A stretch of DNA of 64,000 nt, taken from assembly GCA_030390025.1 (NCBI GenBank), contig CM059431.1, positions 149,856,001 through 149,920,000 on the forward strand. The letters are read 5' to 3'. Position numbers and translations under genes: made by a program. The notes below the pieces were generated by a model. The model worked only from the letters and a program-made list of their open reading frames with translations. It made no database searches and was not told where the DNA came from. The DNA is from Squalus acanthias (Eukaryota). Below, piece by piece: positions 23,335-33,990 of this stretch; within the stretch, counting starts at the first letter, position 1, and every line of letters begins with the position of its first letter.

Positions 23335-24445
23335 CAGAATCATAGAATCATAGAATCATAGAAAGTTACAGCACGAATGGAGGCCATTTCGGCCCATCTT
23401 GCCCGCGCCGGCCAACAAAGAGCTATCCAGCCCAATCCCATCTCCCAGATCTTGGTCCGTATCCCTGCAGGTTAGCGCATCCCAAGTGCACATCCAATTA
23501 CTTTGTAAATGGGGTTAGGCTTCCTGCCTCTACCACCCTTTCAGACAGTGATTTCCAGACCCCCACAATCCTCTTGGTGAAGATATTTCTCCTCAAATCC
23601 CCTCTAAACCTTCCACCAATTACTTTAAATCTGTGCCCCCTGGTTTCTGACACCTCTGCTGAGGGAAAAAGGTCCTCTGTATCCACTTTATCTATGCCAC
23701 TCATAATTGTATACACCTCAATAAGGTCTCCCCTCAGACTCCCCTGTTCAAAGGAACACAGACACAACCTATCCAATCTTTCCTCATAGCTAAGATTCTC
23801 TACTCCCGGCAACATCCTTGTAAATCGCCTCTGAACCCTCTCTAGTGCAATCAAATCTTTCCTGTAATGTGGTGACCAGAACTGCACGCAGTATTCGAGC
23901 TGAGGCCTTACTAGTGTTTTATACCGTTGAAGCATAACCCCCCTGCATGGTATGCTATGCCACGGCTAATAAAGGCAAGCATTCCGTGAGCCTTCTTAAC
24001 CACCTTATCTACTTGGCCTGCTACCTTCAGGGATCTGAGGACATGCACTCCAAGATCCCTTTGTTGCTCCACGCTACTCAATGTCCCACCATTTAATGTG
24101 TATTCCTTTTCCTTTTTAGCACTACCCAAATGCATTACCTCACACTTCTCCGGATTGAATTCCATTTGCCACCGTTCTGCCCACCTGATCAATTTATTGA
24201 TATCTTCCTGCAGTCTACAGCTTCCTTCTTCAGTATCAACCACACATCCGATTTTAGAATCATCTCCAAACTTCATAATCATACCCCCTATATTCATGTC
24301 TAGATCATTGATATATACCACAACACGCAAGGGACCTAGTACTGAGCACTGCGGAACCCCACTGGAAACAGCCTTCCAGTCACAGAAACACCCATCAACC
24401 ATGACCCTCTGCTTCCTGTCTCCGAGCCAGTTTTGAATCCAACTT
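23335..24445 (-). mobile_element. Decayed 5'-truncated CR1 LINE
   Basis: Minus ORFs 23498-23935 and 23911-24402 (GVPQCSVLGP, LVRPQLEYCVQFWSP); (CATAGAAT)n tail at about 23340. Confidence 0.9.
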
Positions 24446-24687
24446 CAGTTCTGTGGAGAGACTGGAGAAGCAGGGATTCTTCGCCATAGAGCAGATAAGT
24501 CTAGGGGGATAATGAATAGAAGTGTTCAAAATGTTGATGGATTTGCTACAGTAAGTACGGAGAATCTGTTTCCACTGGCTGGCTTGTCATTACCCAATGG
24601 ACGAAACTTGATCACGCAATCAGATAATTTGGAATGGACTCATTGAAATGCTGGTGGAAGCAGATTCAATAGTTTCAGTTTGCAGCA

Positions 24688-25552
24688 AACTCACCTCTAA
24701 ATCATAAGGTTATAGGTTCAAATCCCATTCCAGTGACGTGAGTACAAAAATCTGAACTGAAACTCCAGTGCAGTACTTAGGAAGCACTGCACTGTCAGAG
24801 GGTCCATGCGAAGGGCGCGGTGAACTGTCGGAAATTCAGTACTGAGGGAGAGCTGCACTGTCGGAGGGTCAGTACTGAGCGAGCGCTGCATTGTCGGAGG
24901 GGCAGTACAGAGGGAGCGCTGCAATGACGGAGGGTCAGTACTGAGAGAGAGCTGCACAGTCCACGGGGCAGTACGGAGGGAGAGCTGCCCTGTTGGAGCT
25001 TCAGTACTGAGGTAGCGCTGCAATGTTGGAGGGGCAGTACTGAGGTAGTACTGCATTGACGGAGTGACAATACTGAGGGAGTTCTGCACTGTCAGAGTGG
25101 CATTTACTGAGGGAGCGCTCTACTGTTGAAGAGGCAGTACTGAGGGTGCGCTGCATTGTCAGAGGGGCGGTATTGAGGGAGGGCTGCACTGTCGGAGGTG
25201 CTGTACTGAGGGAGTAACGTCTTGTCGGAGGGGCTGTCTTTCGGATGCGACCTTAAAACAAAGCCATGTCTACTCTCTCACCTGGATGTAGATGATCCCA
25301 TGGCACCATATGAAGAAGAGCAGCGGAGGTATCCGGAGTGTTCTGGCCAATATTTATCTCAATCAACATCACTTAACCAGATGACCTGTCGTTGTTGCAA
25401 TGCTGTACATGGGAACTTGGTGTGCACAAACTGGCTGCCGTGTTTCCTAGAGTACAACACTGACTTCACTTCAAAAGTACTTCTTTAGCTGTGAAGTGCT
25501 TTGGGGCATCCCAAGGTCGTGAAAGGCGCTCTATAAATGCAAGTCTTTCTTT
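24688..25552 (+). mobile_element. Deu-domain SINE with an internal 33-bp tandem expansion (about 24770-25215)
   Basis: B-box GGTTCAAATCCC; Deu-like GAAGAAGAGCAG...TGTTCTGGCCAATATTTATC; L2-like tail AAAGGCGCTCTATAAATGCAAGTCTTTC. Confidence 0.75.
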
Positions 25553-25679
25553 ATTAATAGGAACTTTCAAAAGGTAATTCGATATATACTTGTGAAGGAG
25601 AATTTGTCAGGACTATGTGGAAACAGCTTAATTGTTCACTACCATTCACGAAAGGATCTGACTGCTTTGAAATAATCTG

Positions 25680-25960
25680 ATCGGTTGACTGAAGATGTGC
25701 TGATTCATGAGCAGAATGAGGGTGGTGGGTGGTAATCAGCAGGAAGTAACCTTGCCCATGTCTGACTGGAAGACATGGGACGTCATTATGTCCTTAGGCA
25801 ATGTTGAGGACTCGCAGGATCCCTCCCAGCCGACTGTATATCCCTGTTCCCCCGAATCTGGTGAGTCTGTCCTGCTGGTGCAACAGCATATATACCCTGA
25901 GATGCGGATGGAGGAGTCGGCAATGTTGAATGCTAGGTATGGTTCTATGACTATAATTGT
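25680..25960 (-). mobile_element. Endonuclease-domain fragment of family B LINE
   Basis: Minus frames give ISGY, HQQDRLTRFGGTGIYSR and HGQGYFLLITT, upstream of and overlapping the region at 43370-43440. Confidence 0.6.
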
Positions 25961-26091
25961 GCGAGATTGCAATGTTTGCAGAGCGTTTCAAGGAGTATTA
26001 AGACGGTTACAGGCTATTTATCTCATTGCTTATTATGTTAATCGTTTTTTTTTTTGATTCCTTGGTGTCAAACCTTTTCTTGTTTTATTTT

Positions 26092-27750
26092 TTGAGGAAC
26101 TTAAAGAAATTATTAATAGTAAAAAAACAGTACTAGCAAGATTAATGGGACTAAAAGTCGATAAATCCCAAGAACCGGATGACCTCCATCCTAGGATTTT
26201 GAAAGAGGTGGTCATTGGGATAGTTGATGTATTGGTTGTCATCTTCCAGAACTCTATAGATTCTGCAACGGATCCTGCAGATTGAAGGATAGCAAATGTA
26301 ACCCCGGTATTTAAGAAAGGAGTAAGTGAGAAAACGGGGACCGACAGACCTGTTAGCCTCACATCAGTAGTTGTGAAAATGCTGGAATTTATTATAAAGG
26401 ATGCAATAACTGGGAACTTAGAAACTAATAGTGCGAATGGGCAGAGTCAGCATGGATTTATGAAAGGTAAGTTCTGTTTGACAAACCTACTGGAGTTTTT
26501 GAGGATGTAACTAGTGGAGTAGACAAAGGGGAAACGGTAGATGTGGTGTATCTGGATTTTCAGAAGGCCTTCGATAAGGTCCCACAAAAGAGCTTGGTGA
26601 ACACAATTGTGGCACATGGAGTTGATGTTAATATACTAGCATGGATGGAGAATTGGTTAACAGAGAGAAAACAAAGAGTAGGGATAAACGGGTCTTTTTC
26701 AGGATGGCAGGCGGTGACTATAGGGTTACCGCAATCATCGGTGCTTGGGCCCCAGCTATTCACAATCTATATCAATGATTTGGATGAGGGGAGCAAATGT
26801 AACATTTCCAAATTTGCTGACGATACAAAGCTAGGTGGCAGTATCAGTTGTGAAGAGGATGTGATGAGGCTTCACAGGGATCTAGACAGGCTTAGTGAGT
26901 GGGCGAGAACATGGCGGATGGAATATAATGTGGATAAATGTGAATTTATCCACCGTGGCAGAAAAAAGCAGTAAGGCAGAGTATTTCCTAAATGGTGAAT
27001 GGTTGGGGAATGCAGATGCTCAAAGAGACGAGGGTGTTCTTGTACATGAGACACTTAAAGTGAATGTGCAGGTGCAGCAAGCCAATAGGAAGACAAGTGG
27101 TATACTGGACTTCATTACTAGACGATTTGAGTACAGGAGTAAAGAAGTCTTACTCCAATTATATAGGGCCTTGGTGAGACCACAACAGGAGTACTGTGTA
27201 CAATTTTGGTCTTCTTACCTAAGGAAGGATATAATTGCCACAGAGGGAGTACAATGAAGGTTCACGAGATTGATTCCTGGGATGGCGGGACTGTCGTATG
27301 AGAAGAGATTGAGTAAACTACACCTTTATTCACTTGAATTCATAAGAATAAGAGGAGATCTCATTGAAGCATACAAAATTGTTACAGGGCTTGATAGGGT
27401 GGATGCTGGGAGAATGTTTCCCTCTGCTGGGGAGTGTAGAACCAGGGGCCACAGCCTCAGGATAAAGGGCAGGACATTCAGAACTGAGATGAGAAGACAC
27501 TTCTTCACACAGCGAATGGTGAATCATTGGAATTCTCTACCCCAGAGGGCTGTGGAGATTCAGTCATTGGGAATATTCAACACAGAAATCGATAGATTTC
27601 TGACTAGTAAAGGCATCAAGGGATATGGCGATAGGGCCGGTGAATGCAGTTGAGGCAGAAGATCGGCCATGATCTCATTGACCTCTGGAGCAGGCTCGAA
27701 GGACCGAATAACCTACTCCTGCTCCTATTTCTCATGCTCTTCTGTTCTTA
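26092..27750 (+). mobile_element. Decayed 5'-truncated CR1 LINE
   Basis: ORFs 26543-26974, 26895-27257 and 27270-27653 with RT motifs; 3' tail present. Confidence 0.9.
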
Positions 27751-27859
27751 TTTTTTTATTTTCTCCCCCTCTGTAAAGCAACATTACCAGATTGGCTGGT
27801 TGAGGTCAATCATTAGAATTATCTTGTCGTTCTTGGTCTAGATTCAGGCAAACATAATG

Positions 27860-28195
27860 CCCTGGGAATCAACTTGCTGGGCTAAGGCGGGAACATGTAC
27901 CCTTGGCAGTCCTGGGAATGAAATTCCTGTACTGAAGCAGTAGCAGTGTTATCTAGGCATCCCAAGGAATTAAATTCCTGTTATGAGGCGGGTGCAGTGT
28001 AATCTTGGTGGCCCTGGGAATGAAATTCCTGGACTGACGTGGGAGCAGCGTAATCTAGGCGGAGCAAGGAATTAAATTCCTGTTATGAGGTGGGAGCATT
28101 GTAATATTGCTAGCCGTGGGAATGAAACTCCAGGAATTAGGCGGGATCAGTGCAATATAGGCAGCCCTGGGAATTAAATTCCTGGACTGAGGAAG
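27860..28195. repeat. 51-bp tandem repeat (about 6.5 units) with a GGAAT-NAA-ATTCC core
   Basis: Cores start at about 27915, 27966, 28017, 28068, 28119 and 28170. Confidence 0.85.
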
Positions 28196-28459
28196 GATGA
28201 AATGTCATGCATACGATCACTTTTAATTTAAATCTGTGTATAATAATGTGAGCTGGATTGTGTTGCAGTGAAATGTTGGGGTGACAATGGATCAATGAGA
28301 CTGCTTGTTCAATGAATTTAATTAATGCCAATTACAATGAGGCCTAATGATTTCACTCGGGGATTTCCCTCTGCTCTAAATAAGGAGCTCCCTTCACTGT
28401 GTGACCTCACACAATCAGCGCGTTCCCTCCAGCACAAAGAACACCAGCCACTCAAGAAA

Positions 28460-29657
28460 CGGATGTTGTGGGCTCGAGGATCTCGACGGAAATTATTCTT
28501 GAACAGTGGCAGTTAACAAGAGTACTTTGGAAAAACAAAAGAAAATGTATAAAAAACACTCAGCATGTCAGGCAGCATCCGTGGAGAGAGAAACAGTAAT
28601 AACGTCCCAGCTATGTGACAGTTATGCAAAACTCGAAAAAGTTAGAGATGAAGCAGATTTAAAGCAGGTGCAGGGGCAGGGAAAGGGTGCAGAGGAGGAA
28701 GGAACGAAAGGGAAGGTCTGTGATAGGGTGGAAGGCACGAGAGGTTAATTGTTGCAAATGGGGATGGGAGAAATATCAACAGCTGCTGGCTGAAAATAAT
28801 AGAGGCCTTGTTTATGGTCTGAAATTGCGGAACTCAATGTTGAGTCCAGATGGCTGTAAAGTCCCGAATAGAAAGATGAAGTGCTGTTCCTCGAGCTTAA
28901 ATTGAGCTTCATTGGAACACTGTAAGAAGCCGAGGAGAGAGAGGTCAGATTGGGATGGGACCAGCGAATTAAAGTGACAGGCGTGCAGAAGCTCGGGGTC
29001 AAGGTTACGGACTGAACAGAAGTGTTCCGCAAACCGATCACACAATCTACGTTTGTTCTCCCCAATGTAGAGGAGACCGCATCGTTAGCAGCGAATACAG
29101 TCGCCGATTTAAAACTGAGAAGAGGAGGAATTTATTCACTGAGATAGTCTAGAATCTGTGGAACTATCTGCCCCAGAGAACTTTGGAGGCTGATTAATTG
29201 AATATATTTAAGTTGGAGATAGTCAGATTTTTGAACAATAAGGGAGTGAATGGTTATGAGGAGCGGGCAGGGAAATGCAGCTGAGCCCAAGATCAGATCA
29301 GCCATGATCTCATTAAATGGAGGAGCAGGCTCGAGGGGTCAAATGGGCTACTCCTGCTCCTATTTCTTATGATCTTATGTCCTTATACAATATTGCAAGA
29401 AGTACAAGTAAATCGCGTTTTCACCTGGAAGGATTGTTTGGGGCCCTGGACAATGGGAAGGGAGGAGCTCAAACGACAGGTGTTGCATCTTCTGCACTTG
29501 CACGGGAAGGTACCGTGGGGAGGGAAGGGGCTGTTGTGAGTGATTGAGGAGTGGAGCAGGGTGTTCTGGAGGGAGCGTTACCTTCGGAATGCTGAAAGGT
29601 GAGGGGAGGGTTTACAGAATGTTTACTATCCCCTTCTCGCTGCTGTTAGTGTTTCTA
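28460..29657 (+). pseudogene. Second GPCR exon-1 remnant, split by a Penelope/CR1 insertion
   Basis: 3' part (29612-29657) reads LQNVYYPLLAAVSVS then A|GTAAGT, homologous to FYYPLIAAFGVP G|GTAAGT. The 5' part follows a promoter-homologous segment. Confidence 0.6.
28530..29610 (-). mobile_element. Penelope-like fragment (GIY-YIG region and terminus) with a nested CR1 3' fragment (+, about 29110-29380)
   Basis: Minus ORF 28812-29045 (DRFAEH...EEQHFIFLFGTLQPSGLNIEF), with a Penelope terminus near 28550-28620. Confidence 0.8.
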
Positions 29658-30159
29658 GTAAGTGTCTATGTCCAGTTATTAATTCTATAAACTATGTTAC
29701 ACTGTAATATTATTCTTGCTATTTACGATGCCATACTCAGTTATTAATGGTATTCTGTGTTTTAAGTTGTTGCATCTTTGTTGATGCAATAGTTGTTCTT
29801 TAAAAAGGCTTGCACATCCTCGCTGCTGTTGGTGTTCCTGATAAGTCTCTGTTAATTACTCTCCACACACCACCTCGCTACCGTTGGTGTCCCTGCTAAG
29901 TCTCTGTATCCAGCTATTATTTCTATAAATCATGTTTAACTGTATTTCCCTCCTTGTCATTCCCCATCCCATCCGTACTTCTGTCAGCTATTGATTCTGA
30001 AGGTGATACAGTTTTACCAAGATTCAATTCTTTTTTATTCAACTCAAGAAAAGATATTGGACGACTCTCTATGCTTAAGGAATTTCGTTTTGCTATCTAC
30101 ACTGCACATTTGTAACAAATCAGAGGAACGTTGTCCTGGTTGAGGAGACTTTTCACCTC

Positions 30160-30295
30160 ATGGCGAAAGATCATCGACGTGTAACGCTAACTCTCTCTCT
30201 CTCGCTCCACAGATGCTGCCTGACCTGCTGAGTATTTAAAGCATTTTCAGTTCTTATTTCAGATTTCCAGCATCCGCAGTAATTTGGTTTTGTTT
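30160..30295 (+). mobile_element. Penelope terminal fragment with a decayed hammerhead motif
   Basis: TCATCGACGTGTAACGCTAACTC...CAGATGCTGCCTGACCTGCTGAGT aligns with 37240-37300. Confidence 0.7.
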
Positions 30296-31632
30296 TCACC
30301 GAATGCTCGGTATGGTTACTGACACAGAGTGACAGGAACACATCCTGGCAGATCATATCCACATCTTTAAATGTCTGAAATATCAGCGTATCATTCAGTT
30401 CCAGTCAGTGTCTCCTTTCCCACCATCTCCAGCTCTGCATTAGCGGCACTGCTTCTGATGGTTAGAATAGGATTACAAGGATAAATTACATTCTCAAAAA
30501 TGCGTTAACTCAGACATATTCAATGAGTTTATTTCCAATCTGTGTTTTGAATTTACAATTGGATCGCATGCCCACCTGACACAGTTCAGTGGATCTCTCA
30601 GTGAGACCCAGATTGATTCTCTATTGCCTCCTGCTGTACTGCACGATAAACAACCCCAGCTGATTGTAACTGAAGTACTGAGGATAAGAAAAACCTTTCA
30701 CATTTTCTCGACTAATATTCTCTGCACAAATTGGAAAACAACAGGATAAATCTTTTCCATTTGTGTCCAGATAATTTACAAAAGCGTTCGCCGGCTCATT
30801 GCCTGTGGGATAAGTCGCTTGTTTATGAAACTAAAAAGTCTATTTAGTGGAATATTGCCTGGTGAATGATGACAATTTATTTTATTTCAGAATCCAGTCT
30901 TTGCAATGTTATTTGGAAAATCTTCCTTTCAGTGAGCAACAATTTCTGTATCTCAACAAAACTGTACAAAGCTCAATCTTCAAAACACCCCTAACAGCCC
31001 AGTTATCTTTATAACTGCAGTGCACTTGTATTTATTATCTAAGCATTTGCATATTACAGCCGTACATTTTAAATACAATTGTCAGTAATTATTGCACGCC
31101 AGGATTGCAGTTTCTGTAATTTGCCGTTGCATTCATTTTCAGTTCGAAATATAATGGATATTCTAACCAGGACCAGGAATTCAAGCGGGAAGTTCCCCTC
31201 CCTAACACAAGGGCACAGAAGGGAATTGCACCGCTCCAAATGCTGACTGATCCCGGGACACGAAGGCTTCCTGAGAGGTTCTGGTCCTTTGTGTCTGTGG
31301 TACGTCGGGGTGAGCTTTTGTCTGCTGGGCTAAAGGCAGATCTATCAGTTGATCTCTCATTGTTCAAACATCTGTTACTTTCATAATATTTATCCCCGTT
31401 TCATTTATCAATTCCACAATCTATTCCCGATTATTCTTGCAATAAATCCTGCATTCAGCTCCACCAGTAATAGAATTAGATTATATCATTGAATGTCGCT
31501 AATGAGTTGCAGATTTCTCCTCGAATTCTATCAAAATGCTGTTCTTTCTCCCAGCCTGATGTATAATTTCCGATGTTTATTTCCCCTCCCAGCCTGATGT
31601 AAAATTACCCTTTTAATTTCCCTTCCACACAG

Positions 31633-32501
31633 TGAACTTAGTGACGATTGTGATCCTGTCTCGGGGAAAGTGCGGTCTCTCCAAATGTGTCACTCGCTAC
31701 CTGGTGGCAATGGCAGCGGCGGATCTACTGGTCGTTAACCTCGACCTGATATTGAAGCAGATTCCAATTGTTTATAATGAAAAATGTATTTTCTTACTGT
31801 CACTCCCCGTGTGTAATATCCATGCCGTCCTGCTTTATGCAGCCACAGACTGTTCTGTTTGGTTCACCGTCACTTTCACCTTTGATCGATTTGTGGCCAT
31901 TTGTCGTCAGAAGCTAAAAACTGAAAACGGCGGCTGTGGTTCTGGGAACAGTGACTGTGCTGAGCGGTTCAAAGAACATTTTCTGGTATTTTATGTTCAC
32001 AGATCGATATCAGCTTCAGAGCCATCCCTGGTTTTGTGATGTAACAATCAGTTTTTGGATGTCAAGGGTCGAGTTCCTTCATTATATTCTCACACCGGGG
32101 GTCCCATTTTTTGTAATTCTGCTGCTCAATGCTGTCACGGTCAGACACATTTTAGTGGCCAGCAGAGCCCGCAGAAGACTCCGGGGTCCCAGCATTGGGG
32201 AGAGTCCCAGAGACCCAGAGATGGAAAGTAACAGGACATCCATCTTCTTGTTATCTCGGGCAGCTTCATCCTGTTATGGGCAGCGTTTATGCTGTCTGCT
32301 ATATGGATCCGAATGTGGTATGTGGAGATTCGGTCTGTAAGTCCACCTCTTTATTTACAGGTATTTGGATTGATGCTGCAGCTGCTGATTTACTGCACAA
32401 ACATTGGAATTTACGCGGTGACCCAGGCTAAGTTCAGAGAGCAGTTGAAGAATGTGGGGCAATATCCGTTTACTCTGATTGTAAAATTCATTAAAGGATG
32501 A
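31633..32501 (+). pseudogene. GPCR exon 2 (TM1-TM7), GPR139/GPR142-like, with two frameshifts
   Basis: Pyrimidine-rich acceptor at about 31610-31632; motifs YLVAMAAADLL, SVWFTVTFTFDRFVAIC, ILLLNAVTVRHIL and CTNIGIYAVTQAKFR lie in three different ORFs, with shifts near 31925 and 32250. Confidence 0.85.
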
Positions 32502-32599
32502 TGTAAAGCGGAGTCTTTGCAGCCTCAGAGTTCCCTGGGCCTCATATTGCGGCGAGCCGCTCACCCCCGGCCCGCCGGCCGGCGGCGAAATTCACATAA

Positions 32600-33098
32600 T
32601 CAAGATGGTGGCCCCGGCGCCCCGCACAAAGTTGACGGTCCTGGCGCTCCGCACAAAGATGGCGGAATGAGGCGCAAAGCACAAAGTTGGCGGCCCTGGC
32701 GCTCCGCACAAATTGGCGGCCCTGGCGCTCCGCACAAAGATGGCGGCCCCGGGGTCCCGATCAATCATGGCGGCTCCGTTGTCTCGCACAAAAATGTCGG
32801 CTTCGTTCTCCTGCAGTTAAATGGTTACTCCGGCGCCCATAACAAAAATGGCGGCTCCGGCGTCCTACACAAAGATGGCGGCTCTGGCGCCCCTACAAAA
32901 GATGCCGGCCCTGGCGCCCGTAACTAAGATGGCGGATCTGCGGTCCCGAAAAATGATGATGGCTCCCCGAACAAAGATGGCGGCTCCGGTGCCCCTCACA
33001 GAAATAGCGGTTCTGGCGCCCCTAAAAAGATGGCGGCTCTAGCGTCCCTTACAAAGATAGCGGCTCTGGCGGCCCGCACAAAGATGGCTGTTCTGGCT
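32600..33098. repeat. GC/CpG-rich 27-bp tandem array carrying AAGATGGCGGC (YY1-type) motifs, about 19 units
   Basis: Consensus CAAAGATGGCGGCYCYGGCGCYCCGCA is directly visible. Confidence 0.85.
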
Positions 33099-33119
33099 AC
33101 AACATTATAACCTTTTATA

Positions 33120-33990
33120 AATCATTAATTTATTCATTCCTGGAATGTGGACGTCGCAGGCATATCCAGCATTTATTGTCCATCCCTAACTGCCCTGGAG
33201 AAGGTGGCGGTGAGCCAGCTCAAACAACTGAGTGGATTGCTAGGCCATTTCAGAGGCTACTTAATAGTCAACCACATTGCTGTGAGTTTGCAGTCACATT
33301 TCGTCCAGAATGGGTAAGGACCGCAGATTTCCTTCCCTGAAAGACATTAGTGAATCAGATGTGTTTTACGACAATCCGGTAGTTTCATGGTACAATTACT
33401 GACAGTTATTTTGAATTCCAGATTTGTTTAATTATTTGAAATTAATTTCCCCAGCTGGTGGGATTATGAACTCAGGATCATTCGTTCAGGCATCTGGTTT
33501 ACTAGTCCAGCAACATAACCACGATGCTACCCGACCCTTCAAATATATCGCCGTTCCCTCATCCTCCTTTGTTCAAATGCCTGAAATATCTTCCGTAATA
33601 GTATTGTGGGAGCACCTTCACCACACCGACAGCAGCGGTTCAAGATGAAGGCCCACCATTTTATCTTGGGTAACTGGGAATTGGCAAGTAATACATACCT
33701 TGCCAGCGTCACCTATATCCTGAGAACAAATACATATAAATAATAAAATGGGAATAAAATCACTGATTTTGAAAATCATTGATTGAAACCAGGCGAGGTA
33801 TGTGGTCAGAGTGGGGAGTCATATTCCGCTAAACAAATTGTCAACACAACTTGGGTCACCAATTCTATGATTTTATGATTGATATTACTCACACTTTCAC
33901 AGTTTCCCTATACGTTGAAAAGGTGCTTGATAAAGTGTCACATATTACCAAAATTGAAGCCCATGGTATTAATTTGGAAGTGGCAGCAGT
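33120..33990 (-). repeat. Inverted copy of the composite block (SINE + family-B tail + spacer + CR1 remnant) seen at 1310-2055 and 7960-8760
   Basis: Colinear match; ORFs 1302-1526(-) and 33851-34090(+) share HQFY.FMID..HTF..SLY...VLDKV.HITKIEA. Confidence 0.85.

Noticed and set aside
32517..33042. Gly/Pro-rich or MAA-repeat ORFs
   Set aside because: A by-product of the 27-bp GC-rich array; no splice or homology support.
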